Positions 37,502 through 47,481 of a stretch of 64,000 nucleotides of DNA are shown piece after piece. The stretch comes from Pseudomonadota bacterium (GTDB taxonomy: Bacteria > Myxococcota > JACRCW01 > JAFGSX01). Made by a program: the position numbers and the translations under genes. The notes beneath the pieces are model-generated. The model was not told the origin of the DNA. It did not search any database and saw only the letters and a list, made by a program, of their open reading frames with translations. The stretch's first letter is position 1. Each line of letters begins with the position of its first letter. The stretch is from NCBI GenBank assembly GCA_043821645.1, contig JBDRCO010000094.1, forward strand, positions 32,001-96,000. The letters are read 5' to 3'.

Positions 37502-39769
37502 TCAGTTGCCGCCGGTACCGACGGTCGTGTCGTAGCGCACACCCTCGGGCACGGGGACCGGCTGGTTCACGGTGACGCCGTGGTCACCCGAAGTGATCTG
37601 GCTCGAGTCCACTGCCACGAAGGCCGTGAAGGGCGACATCAGACCAAAGCTCAGAGCAGTGTCGCGGATGCCATCGACCAGTTCGATGACGGGGTCGGCG
37701 TAGCTGGCCCGGGTGGCCAGGTCCGCGATCTTGGTGCGCGCCCAGATCTGGGCCAGGGCTGGTCGGGAGTCCACGGCCTTGTCGGCGAGGACCACGTCGA
37801 ACTGCACAGGCTTGCCACCGGCGCGACCCTGGACGCTGAGGCGTGCCGGGGGATCTCCATCGAAGCGGCCGGTGAGGATCACGGGCCGACCCACGTGCAG
37901 ATCCGGGATACTGGACGGGTAGACCTCGCGCACGGTAGATGAGCCCCACTCCACGCGGATGTCGCTCATGGCCGGGTAGGCGATGCGCTCGTAGAAGGCA
38001 TCGACCTCCTGGTCGGCCGCGTCGTCGTCGAGACCGAGGTAGGCCACGGCGCCTCGTCCCAGCACGGCCATGCGCTCGAGCAGGTAGCGATTGGGCGAGG
38101 AGCCCACGCCGAAGCTGAAGATGCGCGCCGCGCCCAGCTTGAGGTGCACGGCAGACAAGATCTGTTCCTCGTTGCCGATGTAGCCATCGGTCATGAAGGA
38201 CACGATGCGCAGCTTGCCGTCCTGGTGCGGGAAGTCGAGGGCCGCGCGTATGCCCTCGATCATCTCGGTGCCACCCTCGCCGTTGAGCGACTCCAGGTAG
38301 CGCAGCCCCTTCTTCACGTTGTCGCGGGTGGCCAGCAAGGGCCGCGGGCCCAGAGCCGAGGCGTTGTTGGAGAAGCGGATGATCTGAAAGCTATCGCCGG
38401 GCTCCATGAGGTCGAGCACGCGCTTGACCGCGCGCTTGGCCTTGTTCAGGGGTACGCCGCTCATGCTGCCCGAACAGTCGAGGACAAAGATCATCTCGCG
38501 GTCGGTGCGCGGGATGCGCTTGAGCTCGGCCGGTGGCGCCAGCATCAGGGTGAAGAAACCGCCGCGCTCGTCGCGATGGGTCAGGAAGGCCTGCTTGATG
38601 GCATCACCCGCCACCTGGTAGCGCAGCACGAAGTCCTTGTTGGGGATCACGTTCTTCGTGGCCAGGACCACGACCTTCTCGCGCTCGGACTTGTCCTGGA
38701 CCTCGATCGCGTGCGTGCTCGAGGCCAGACCCTCGATCTTGAGTCCTGCATCGAGGTGAACACTCAGGCTGAGATCCGCGCCACTGCGCTGGTCTGGTCG
38801 CAGGTAGGGCACCTCGACAGGTTGGCCGGAGCTGCCCGACGCACCCGCAGGCACCGCGCCCACGCCATTGGTGTATCCAGGTGGGTTGTAGCGAGGCCCC
38901 ACGACCATGGGGTAGCTGAACACGAAGGCGCCATCGCGATAGGGCAAGGCGTTGAAGTAGGTGATGTCGATGGCTATGGCCTTGCCTGGTTCGATGTTGG
39001 CGACCTTCTGGGTGAAGATGTTGGGCCGCTCCTGGGTCAGCAGCGAAGCCACATGCCCGGCGGCGCGCGCTTCGCGGTAGATCTTCTCGGCCTCGGCGCG
39101 CTCGCGCACGATGCCGCGGATGCGACGATCGCCCACCACCATCACGAACTCACTCACTGCCGCGTCGTCTGGCAGCGGGAACACGTACACCGCCTCGATC
39201 TTGGCGTCGTAGGGATTGCGATAGGCCTGTACCACATGCACGGTGGCGATGTGGCCAGCGATGTCGGCCTTGACGTCGGTGTGCTGCAAGGGCAAGGGCA
39301 CGAAGCGGCCGTTTTCAAGCTCGGCGCGAAGTTCACCGGACCCGGGCTCGGTGGGATCTGGCGGCGCCACGTCGCCTTCTGGCTTGGCCTTGGCGATGAC
39401 CCACAGCTCTTCGCGGCCACTCGCAAGATCTGCCAGTACGCGACGCGCGGACCCCTCGTTGCGCAGGCGACGACGAGCTTCGAGGTACTGGCCATCGGGC
39501 TTCGTCAGGTCACCCTCGATGGTCCGGTCGTCGAAGTCGATGCGCGTCTTTTTCTTGTGCGAGACGCCATCCTGGGAGTCCCCACCCTCGGGGACGTCCT
39601 CGGCAAAGGCCTCGGCCGGATCCATGGGAGGGCCTGCCGACTCGGGCTCGTAGCCACGGCCGTAGTGCGCACACATGGCCAGGGACATCAGCAGGGCTGG
39701 CCCGGCCAGCAGGGCGAGCAGGCGGGGCAGCGTCTTCGGGGCCCGTGTTCTCGTCGACGGTCGGGTCAT
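37502..39769 (-). CDS. VIT + von Willebrand factor A domain protein, putative lipoprotein, with CglF/GltF-like segment
   Basis: ATG 39769 overlaps the upstream stop (ATGA). VIT: YRNPYDAKIEAVYVFPLPDDAAV, NIFTQKVANIEPG. MIDAS DCSGS...GGT...TDG. C-terminal GLMSPFTAFVAVD. Confidence 0.9.
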   Translation of the reverse strand: MTRPSTRTRAPKTLPRLLALLAGPALLMSLAMCAHYGRGYEPESAGPPMDPAEAFAEDVPEGGDSQDGVSHKKKTRIDFDDRTIEGDLTKPDGQYLEARRRLRNEGSARRVLADLASGREELWVIAKAKPEGDVAPPDPTEPGSGELRAELENGRFVPLPLQHTDVKADIAGHIATVHVVQAYRNPYDAKIEAVYVFPLPDDAAVSEFVMVVGDRRIRGIVRERAEAEKIYREARAAGHVASLLTQERPNIFTQKVANIEPGKAIAIDITYFNALPYRDGAFVFSYPMVVGPRYNPPGYTNGVGAVPAGASGSSGQPVEVPYLRPDQRSGADLSLSVHLDAGLKIEGLASSTHAIEVQDKSEREKVVVLATKNVIPNKDFVLRYQVAGDAIKQAFLTHRDERGGFFTLMLAPPAELKRIPRTDREMIFVLDCSGSMSGVPLNKAKRAVKRVLDLMEPGDSFQIIRFSNNASALGPRPLLATRDNVKKGLRYLESLNGEGGTEMIEGIRAALDFPHQDGKLRIVSFMTDGYIGNEEQILSAVHLKLGAARIFSFGVGSSPNRYLLERMAVLGRGAVAYLGLDDDAADQEVDAFYERIAYPAMSDIRVEWGSSTVREVYPSSIPDLHVGRPVILTGRFDGDPPARLSVQGRAGGKPVQFDVVLADKAVDSRPALAQIWARTKIADLATRASYADPVIELVDGIRDTALSFGLMSPFTAFVAVDSSQITSGDHGVTVNQPVPVPEGVRYDTTVGTGGN

Positions 39770-40197
39770 GGCTGGCTCCTGTGCTTGAGGTCGAAGCGGC
39801 ACGCGATGGGCCGACCCTCGCGATCCACGCTGGCGATCACCTTGAGTGAGAAGGTGGGCTCCGCGCCTGCCAGGCGCAGGTGCAGGGTCAGCAACCGTGG
39901 TGATGTCGAGGGAAGGTCCGCCGCCGTGCTGAAGGCTGCGACCACGATGCGGCCGTGCATCAGGGCCGCGGGATCGTAGTAGGGCGCGTCCGAGAAAGGC
40001 TTGGACTCGCCGCCCTCGACCCCGACGATCTGGGCGTCCCCATCCGCCACGAGCTCGAGCTGGTACGCGGCCAGGGGGGCTCCGTCGCAGTCCATGGTCA
40101 CGTCGAGGGGTGCAAAGCGAAGGCCCGAAGGCGATCCATCTTGGGCGCTCGCAGCAGATCCCAGGACCAGGCTCAGTATCAGCAGCGGGGTTCGCAT
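39766..40197 (-). CDS. Secreted single-domain cohesin-like protein
   Basis: Signal peptide (ASA-Q). Beta-strand pattern LDVTMD...LAAYQLEL...IVGVEGG...GRIVVAAF...RLLTLHLRL matches a cohesin-type sandwich. Coupled (TGATG) to the dockerin gene. Confidence 0.65.
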   Translation of the reverse strand: MRTPLLILSLVLGSAASAQDGSPSGLRFAPLDVTMDCDGAPLAAYQLELVADGDAQIVGVEGGESKPFSDAPYYDPAALMHGRIVVAAFSTAADLPSTSPRLLTLHLRLAGAEPTFSLKVIASVDREGRPIACRFDLKHRSQP

Positions 40198-40742
40198 CAG
40201 CGCCCTCCCCCACCCAGGGCCACAGCGCGTCGGGCGATGGCCTCGACATCGCTGGCGGTGATGACCTGGTCACCGTCGAGGTCGTGCAGCTTCAACGGGT
40301 CGCCGCGCTCCAGGCTGCGCGCCAGAAGCAGGGCGTCCACGATATTGACCTGCCCATCCGCATTGACGTCGCCAGCGATCCCGGGTGGCACTGCTGCCAC
40401 CTCGGCTGAACGGTGCATTGTCATGGGTACGCTGATGGCGACGACGAGCCCCGCGGCCGCGGCCACCGGCGCTGCCCAGCGCAGCACTCGAACGACGGTG
40501 CTTTGCTGCCTGTGTCTCGTGCGCGCCCGGCGGGCGCTGTCCTGGACCATCTCCAGCAGCATGGCCTCGCGGGCCACCGACAGCGGTATGGTTTCCGGTT
40601 GCGCCTGGGCATCGCGCAGACTCTGCAGACGAGCGAGCTGCTGCTGGCAGGTGGTGCAACTCTGCAGGTGCTGCATCACCTCCGCCGAGGCCTCGCGGGT
40701 TCTGGCCAACTCGAGCTCGAGCATGTCGGGGTGTGTGGTCAT
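40197..40742 (-). CDS. Zinc-finger (ZAS/zf-HC2) anti-sigma factor with TM helix and C-terminal dockerin domain
   Basis: H4...HLQSCTTC; TM WAAPVAAAAGLVVAISV; duplicated Ca-loops GDVNADGQVNIVDALLLAR and DLDGDQVITASDVEAIAR. Confidence 0.85.
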   Translation of the reverse strand: MTTHPDMLELELARTREASAEVMQHLQSCTTCQQQLARLQSLRDAQAQPETIPLSVAREAMLLEMVQDSARRARTRHRQQSTVVRVLRWAAPVAAAAGLVVAISVPMTMHRSAEVAAVPPGIAGDVNADGQVNIVDALLLARSLERGDPLKLHDLDGDQVITASDVEAIARRAVALGGGGR

Positions 40743-40751
40743 CGTGTGCTG

Positions 40752-40778
40752 TCAGCGCTGCTCAGCCGCAAAAGGTTC
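40752..40778 (-). promoter_or_regulatory. Putative ECF-sigma promoter of the anti-sigma/cohesin/VIT-vWA operon
   Basis: Minus strand GAACCT-N16-GCTGA, close to the RpoE/AlgU-type GAACTT-N16-TCTGA. Ends 9 nt before an ATG that has no SD. Confidence 0.5.
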
Positions 40779-40979
40779 ACGGCATACGGCGGCGACACGA
40801 ACTTTTTTTGTCCTTCGGGCGTAACGTGGCGTTTTGTTTGGCGATGGATGAACCGGTCGGGACTGCGCCCTTGGCCCGGACGAGCACCGCCAGGTGTGCC
40901 CCCTGGTGGCTTTGGCCTAAATAAGCGTGTTACGACGACCTACCCGGCCTCGCACAAGCGTTAGGACAGGGGACACCCC

Positions 40980-41522
40980 ATGCCGCGCCACATCGCCCTG
41001 CTTCGTGCCGTCAACGTGACCGGTCACAACAAGCTCGCCATGGCCGATCTCCGGACCATGGCCGAGTCCCTGGGGTTCGAGGACGTGCAGACGATCCTGC
41101 AAAGCGGCAACCTCGTGTTCTCGTGCGCTGGGCACACCACCGCCAGGCTCGAGGAGACGCTACAGGATGCGGCGCGCGCGCAGCTTGGACTGGACACGGA
41201 CTTCATGGTGCGCACGGTGCGTGAGTGGAGAGCCATCATCGACGGCAATCCCATGCCGGAGCAGGCCAGGGACGACCCAGCTCATCTACTCTTGCTCGTC
41301 CTCAAGGCCAAACCTGCCATGACGGAGGCTCGGTCTATCCAGAACTCCATCCCCGGCCGCGAGAAGCTTCACCTCGGCGAGCGCCACGCCTACATTCACT
41401 ATGCGGATGGCGTCGGCCGCTCCAAGCTCACCACGGCCTGGCTGGACAAGAAGCTCGGCACGCGCGGCACAGCCCGCAACTGGAACACGGTGCTCAAGCT
41501 GGCAGCCCTCGTCGGGGCTTGA
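40980..41522 (+). CDS. DUF1697 family protein
   Basis: IALLRAVNVTGHNKLAMADLR, VQTILQSGNLVF, GTARNWNTVLKL. Confidence 0.92.
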   Translation: MPRHIALLRAVNVTGHNKLAMADLRTMAESLGFEDVQTILQSGNLVFSCAGHTTARLEETLQDAARAQLGLDTDFMVRTVREWRAIIDGNPMPEQARDDPAHLLLLVLKAKPAMTEARSIQNSIPGREKLHLGERHAYIHYADGVGRSKLTTAWLDKKLGTRGTARNWNTVLKLAALVGA

Positions 41523-41537
41523 GCAAGCACCTGAGCG

Positions 41538-41592
41538 ACCGCCCACCCCTGTTGTCTGCAACAGTCGCGACGGAGTCCGGGCGTGGGCTGTC
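41538..41592. terminator. Long imperfect hairpin between convergent genes (possible bidirectional terminator)
   Basis: GACCGCCCACCCC pairs with GGGCGTGGGCTGTC, enclosing CTGTTG-tctg-CAACAG; no U-tract. Confidence 0.35.
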
Positions 41593-42130
41593 AGGGGGCC
41601 TCGGTTGTGAGCTGCAGCTTCTTCAAGGCGTTGTGCAGTCTGGACTTCACGGTACCCAGGGGCAGGTCGAGGGCCTGGGCAATCTCGTCGAGCGAAAAAT
41701 CCAGGGCGAAGCGCAGCCGCACCACCTCGCGATGGGTTTCGGGGAGTTCCTGGATCATGCGCTCGAAATCTCCCGCGGCGGGCGGCTCCCAGCGCAGGTC
41801 AGGCAGGTCGCGCCCGGCCAGGTGATCGTCCAGCCGCACCACCTTGCGCCGCTTGCGAAACAGCGAGATGCAGCGGTGCTTGATCACGGGGTAGAGGAAG
41901 GCGCGCAGACTGGCGCGCAGCACAAAGCCAGGAAAGCGAGCAAACAGTTCGACAAAGGCCTCCTGCATCACGTCCAGGGCGTCGTCGCGGTCTGCGGTGA
42001 AGCGAAAGGCGAGAGCCGAGGCCCAGTCGCGATGGCGCAGCATGATCTCGACAAAGGCAGCTTCCTCGCCGTGATTGGCGAGCCTTGCCAGCGCCTGCTC
42101 GTCGAGCTCTGCATGAGGCCGCGGGGTCAT
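41591..42130 (-). CDS. ECF RNA polymerase sigma factor
   Basis: Region 2 DALDVMQEAF; region 4 SLDEIAQALDLPLGTVKSRLHNA; 179 aa. Confidence 0.95.
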   Translation of the reverse strand: MTPRPHAELDEQALARLANHGEEAAFVEIMLRHRDWASALAFRFTADRDDALDVMQEAFVELFARFPGFVLRASLRAFLYPVIKHRCISLFRKRRKVVRLDDHLAGRDLPDLRWEPPAAGDFERMIQELPETHREVVRLRFALDFSLDEIAQALDLPLGTVKSRLHNALKKLQLTTEAP

Positions 42131-42203
42131 GGAGCAGAGGTCCTACCCCGGAGCCTGGGCCACAGCAACCAGGGACCGCCTCCCCGGGGCAGGGATGTCA
42201 CAC

Positions 42204-45200
42204 CTAGTGTCGCGTGAGCAGATGCCGCATGGCCGCCAGGTAGCGATCGCCAGAGGACAGGTAGAAGGCCAGGGCGCGCTCGAAGCGCTTGCCCACGAGG
42301 CCCTTGAGCAGCATCTCGGACACCAGGCGCTTGCGCGTGAGCACCTGCTGGGACAACCACAGGACCTGCTTCTCCTCGTCGGACATGTGCTGCGTGAACT
42401 GCCGCAGCGCGGTCTGGGCGCGCGGCTGGTACATCCAGAAGTAGAGCAGATCAAGGGCGTTGACGACGAGCAGGTGCAGCACGTCCTCGGCACGGTCCTT
42501 CAGCCTGTGCACGAGTTCCTTGGGGGCGTCGATCAGGTGAAGTACCTCCGCCTCGGGGAAGGCCATCTCCATGCGACCATGAGCGTCGAAGAGCTGCTCC
42601 AGCTTCTCGCGATAGTCCATGGTTCGATGGGACAGGTTGTGCTGACGATCCGCGGAGCCCTCGATGATCGCAGCGACCAGGTCAGAAGCTGCCTTGGAGA
42701 TGACGGCAGCCCACAGCTGCAGGCCGGCCTGGATATCGAGTTCGCTCAGCCCCGCCCTCCTGGCGAGGGTGAACAGCAACGCATTCAGGCCCACGGCGAC
42801 CGGGATGGAGATCACGGTGCGAAAGAAGTTGCCGACGATCGCCGCGAGCGGGAGCCCCCGGTAGGTGTTGTGGCTGGAGATGTAAATGCCGTTGGCCAGC
42901 GCCATCACCGAGTACAGCAACAGGGGGCCGGTCGTCGTGGTCACGCCCAGACTGCGCGAGAGCAGCAGGTCCTTGACCAAAAAGTCGAGCAGTGGCACCG
43001 AGAAGCCGGTGAACAGCAGCGAGTCCGCCACCCGGTTCCAGGAAACGAAGTCGTTCCAGTGCAGCAGCGATCGCGGACGCAGACCGCCGCCCCCGACGAT
43101 GGACTGCACGATGTTGCGCCCGCCGGTGATGGCGAACCAGATGACCGCACCGAACCAGGACAGCAGCCACCAGTCCTTGGTCAAAAAGAAAGTCAAAAAG
43201 GCCGGAATGAAGCCAAGGGTGATCTTGCCGATGTTGAGAAGTGCGCTGTTCAGCTGCGCCAGACCCGGGCCAGACGCGTTGTTCTCTCGGGCGCCCGCCA
43301 GACAGCTTGCCAGGCCATTGCCTGTCTCCTCGGCCAGACCTCCCAAGGACGCGATGTTGCCCTGCGCGCTGAGCGTGGTCGCGTTGTGGCCCACGCTCCA
43401 GGTGACCTGCCGCCCGTTGTCGACGAACCACACCGCAGACGAGCGCGGCCCTCGCGGCTGGCGCGGATCGCCGTGGGCACCGCGCGACTTCACGGTCTCG
43501 CTGATTTGCCTCTGCACCGTGGTGGTCACCGGAACAAGACTGAAACCATCGCGACGCAACTGCCGGCGTGCGCGCGGTGGAAGTGTCGACACGACGACGA
43601 GGCCCATACCCCGGGAGTGGCGCGAGCGGCCAATGGAGTCGCTCCCCAGGCGACTGTGTAGCCTGTTGGTGCGATAGCACTCGAGCAGCCCTGGGAGATC
43701 TCGCAGGATGCCGCGAAGGTTCTCGCACTGCTCCGCACTTCCCGCCCGCGGATCCTGCTCCAGCTCGTGCAGGAGGGTGCGCACCAGGCGCTTGGCCTCG
43801 ACCACGTTGCCACTGTTGAGCACGAGGCGCAGGTCATTGATCCGAGTACGGTGCTCGGTGCGTCCTTGCGCCCAGTCCTTGAGGTTGAAGATCTCTAGGT
43901 GGCTGACGTGGCCTCCGCCCTCATGCAGCACCTGCAGCACGTGCGCCGGCTCCAGGTTGGTCGGATTGAGGGTGATGCGCGACCGGCACGGCAAAGCACC
44001 GAGCCTGGCGATCATGGCTGCCGGTCCCAGGCGGAGAAGGTCAGGGACATCGTCACTCTCGCTGGGCCGGGAGGGATTGGATGCCGTCGGATTGATTTCA
44101 GGGCGCAGATAGCGCTCGACCAGGACCTCGGGGACCAGCTCATCCAACGACCTTATCAACGCAGCGAGGTGGTTCTTCTCCCCTCCCGTGGCCTCGTCAT
44201 GTTGCGCACACAATTCCTGCACGCGCGCACGGAGCAGTGGCAGCAGGGCGGCATGGACGAACTCGGCAAGGTGCACCAGCGAAGCCTGCGCGGGGCCGAC
44301 GAAGAGGGAGAAGGCCTCCTCATCCAGTGGCGGCAGCTCGATGCCGAACTCCTGGTTGAGGGCCGGCAGGTGGCGGGCATTGAAGCTGCGGAGCAGCTCG
44401 AGGATGGCGCGACGCTCGTACGCTGCGACCTCGCGCCCCTGGGCCATAAAGCGCTCGACCTCGGGCTCCTGCAAGAAGCTCACGAAGTCACGGCGGTTGA
44501 GGAAACCGCGCGGTGCCCACACCAGATGCGCGTAGCGATCCCGCAGTCGCGCCGACACCTCGACACCGATACGCACGTCGACGCCCATGATCTCGGCGGC
44601 CTCGAGCAGCTCGGCGGCGACCTCCGGGCGCACGTGGTTGTAGTAGATGACGCCGAGAAAGCGCAGACCCTTGATCCACGCGTCCATGATGAGGTGTGTC
44701 GGTGACTTGCGCCCCTTGGTGTTGGCGTCGTGCACATGATGGTCGAAGGCCAGCTGGTTCCAGGCCTCGGGCATCTCCAGCAGGTGATAGCGCCGCAGCT
44801 GGTTGCGGATGCGGCGCGGATTGCCCGACGAGGCCTCGCGAAAATCGTGAGCCAGCGCGAGCTGCCTGTCCTCGTCCCCCCGGGCACGCACCAGCTCCTT
44901 CATGATCTGCAACAGCACCCGCGCCACGTTCAGGCGAAGCTTCTGGCTGCTGTCGTGCATGACCTCGGCGCGAACCTCGCGCAGAGCCGCGATGCGCTCC
45001 TGCGCGGTTCCCTCGTGCAGGGTCTCCAGCAGGTCCACCATCGCAGCGGCCAGGCGCAACGACTTGGGAGCAGCCAGTTCCTTGATGCCGCGTGGATGCA
45101 GATACGGGTCAAACAGTCGGCGGATTAGGGCCGGGCCCTTGCCTCGCTTGGAGGCCCTCCCGACCATCTCCAGCATGCGCAGATCGCCGGCATCAAAGAG

Positions 45201-45224
45201 TAGGGGATTGCGCTGCGTGTTCAA
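42204..45224 (-). CDS. Large PHP-fold (metal-dependent phosphoesterase-like) protein with C-terminal membrane domain
   Basis: FDHHVHDANTKG, RIGVEVS, LGSDS, followed by several TM helices. TTG start with GGAG upstream. Confidence 0.7.
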   Translation of the reverse strand: MNTQRNPLLFDAGDLRMLEMVGRASKRGKGPALIRRLFDPYLHPRGIKELAAPKSLRLAAAMVDLLETLHEGTAQERIAALREVRAEVMHDSSQKLRLNVARVLLQIMKELVRARGDEDRQLALAHDFREASSGNPRRIRNQLRRYHLLEMPEAWNQLAFDHHVHDANTKGRKSPTHLIMDAWIKGLRFLGVIYYNHVRPEVAAELLEAAEIMGVDVRIGVEVSARLRDRYAHLVWAPRGFLNRRDFVSFLQEPEVERFMAQGREVAAYERRAILELLRSFNARHLPALNQEFGIELPPLDEEAFSLFVGPAQASLVHLAEFVHAALLPLLRARVQELCAQHDEATGGEKNHLAALIRSLDELVPEVLVERYLRPEINPTASNPSRPSESDDVPDLLRLGPAAMIARLGALPCRSRITLNPTNLEPAHVLQVLHEGGGHVSHLEIFNLKDWAQGRTEHRTRINDLRLVLNSGNVVEAKRLVRTLLHELEQDPRAGSAEQCENLRGILRDLPGLLECYRTNRLHSRLGSDSIGRSRHSRGMGLVVVSTLPPRARRQLRRDGFSLVPVTTTVQRQISETVKSRGAHGDPRQPRGPRSSAVWFVDNGRQVTWSVGHNATTLSAQGNIASLGGLAEETGNGLASCLAGARENNASGPGLAQLNSALLNIGKITLGFIPAFLTFFLTKDWWLLSWFGAVIWFAITGGRNIVQSIVGGGGLRPRSLLHWNDFVSWNRVADSLLFTGFSVPLLDFLVKDLLLSRSLGVTTTTGPLLLYSVMALANGIYISSHNTYRGLPLAAIVGNFFRTVISIPVAVGLNALLFTLARRAGLSELDIQAGLQLWAAVISKAASDLVAAIIEGSADRQHNLSHRTMDYREKLEQLFDAHGRMEMAFPEAEVLHLIDAPKELVHRLKDRAEDVLHLLVVNALDLLYFWMYQPRAQTALRQFTQHMSDEEKQVLWLSQQVLTRKRLVSEMLLKGLVGKRFERALAFYLSSGDRYLAAMRHLLTRH

Positions 45225-45360
45225 CGTCGGCCAGCTCCCGGAACAGGGACAGACCGTTAGAGATACACCCGTCGTACTGCACGTACAAGAATGGCTCCCC
45301 GGCGAGGACAGCCAGTCCCGTTGTCATTCTGGCCAACGACCTCGGCGCGCCTGCACTGCC

Positions 45361-47313
<1,953 letters not shown>

Positions 47314-47481
47314 GAGAGGTCCTTTCCCGTGATGCGAAAACCCACCCGATGCTGCCAGCGTGCGATACGTGGCAACGTCGTGTTAGATAGCCCGGATGTC
47401 GACACACGCACGTCAGGCGGCCGTCACCACGACGCGGTGCATCAGACAGGACTCTTGCGGCCAGCCGACCTGGGAGAGCTG

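Noticed and set aside
37502-40273. 923-aa version of the VIT-vWA ORF
   Set aside because: The upstream extension overlaps the cohesin-like and dockerin genes in another frame; the coupled ATG at 39769 with a signal peptide is the better start.
39766-40742. Cellulosome interpretation of the cohesin/dockerin pair
   Set aside because: Single cohesin, a dockerin attached to an anti-sigma, and no glycoside hydrolase or CBM in the window.
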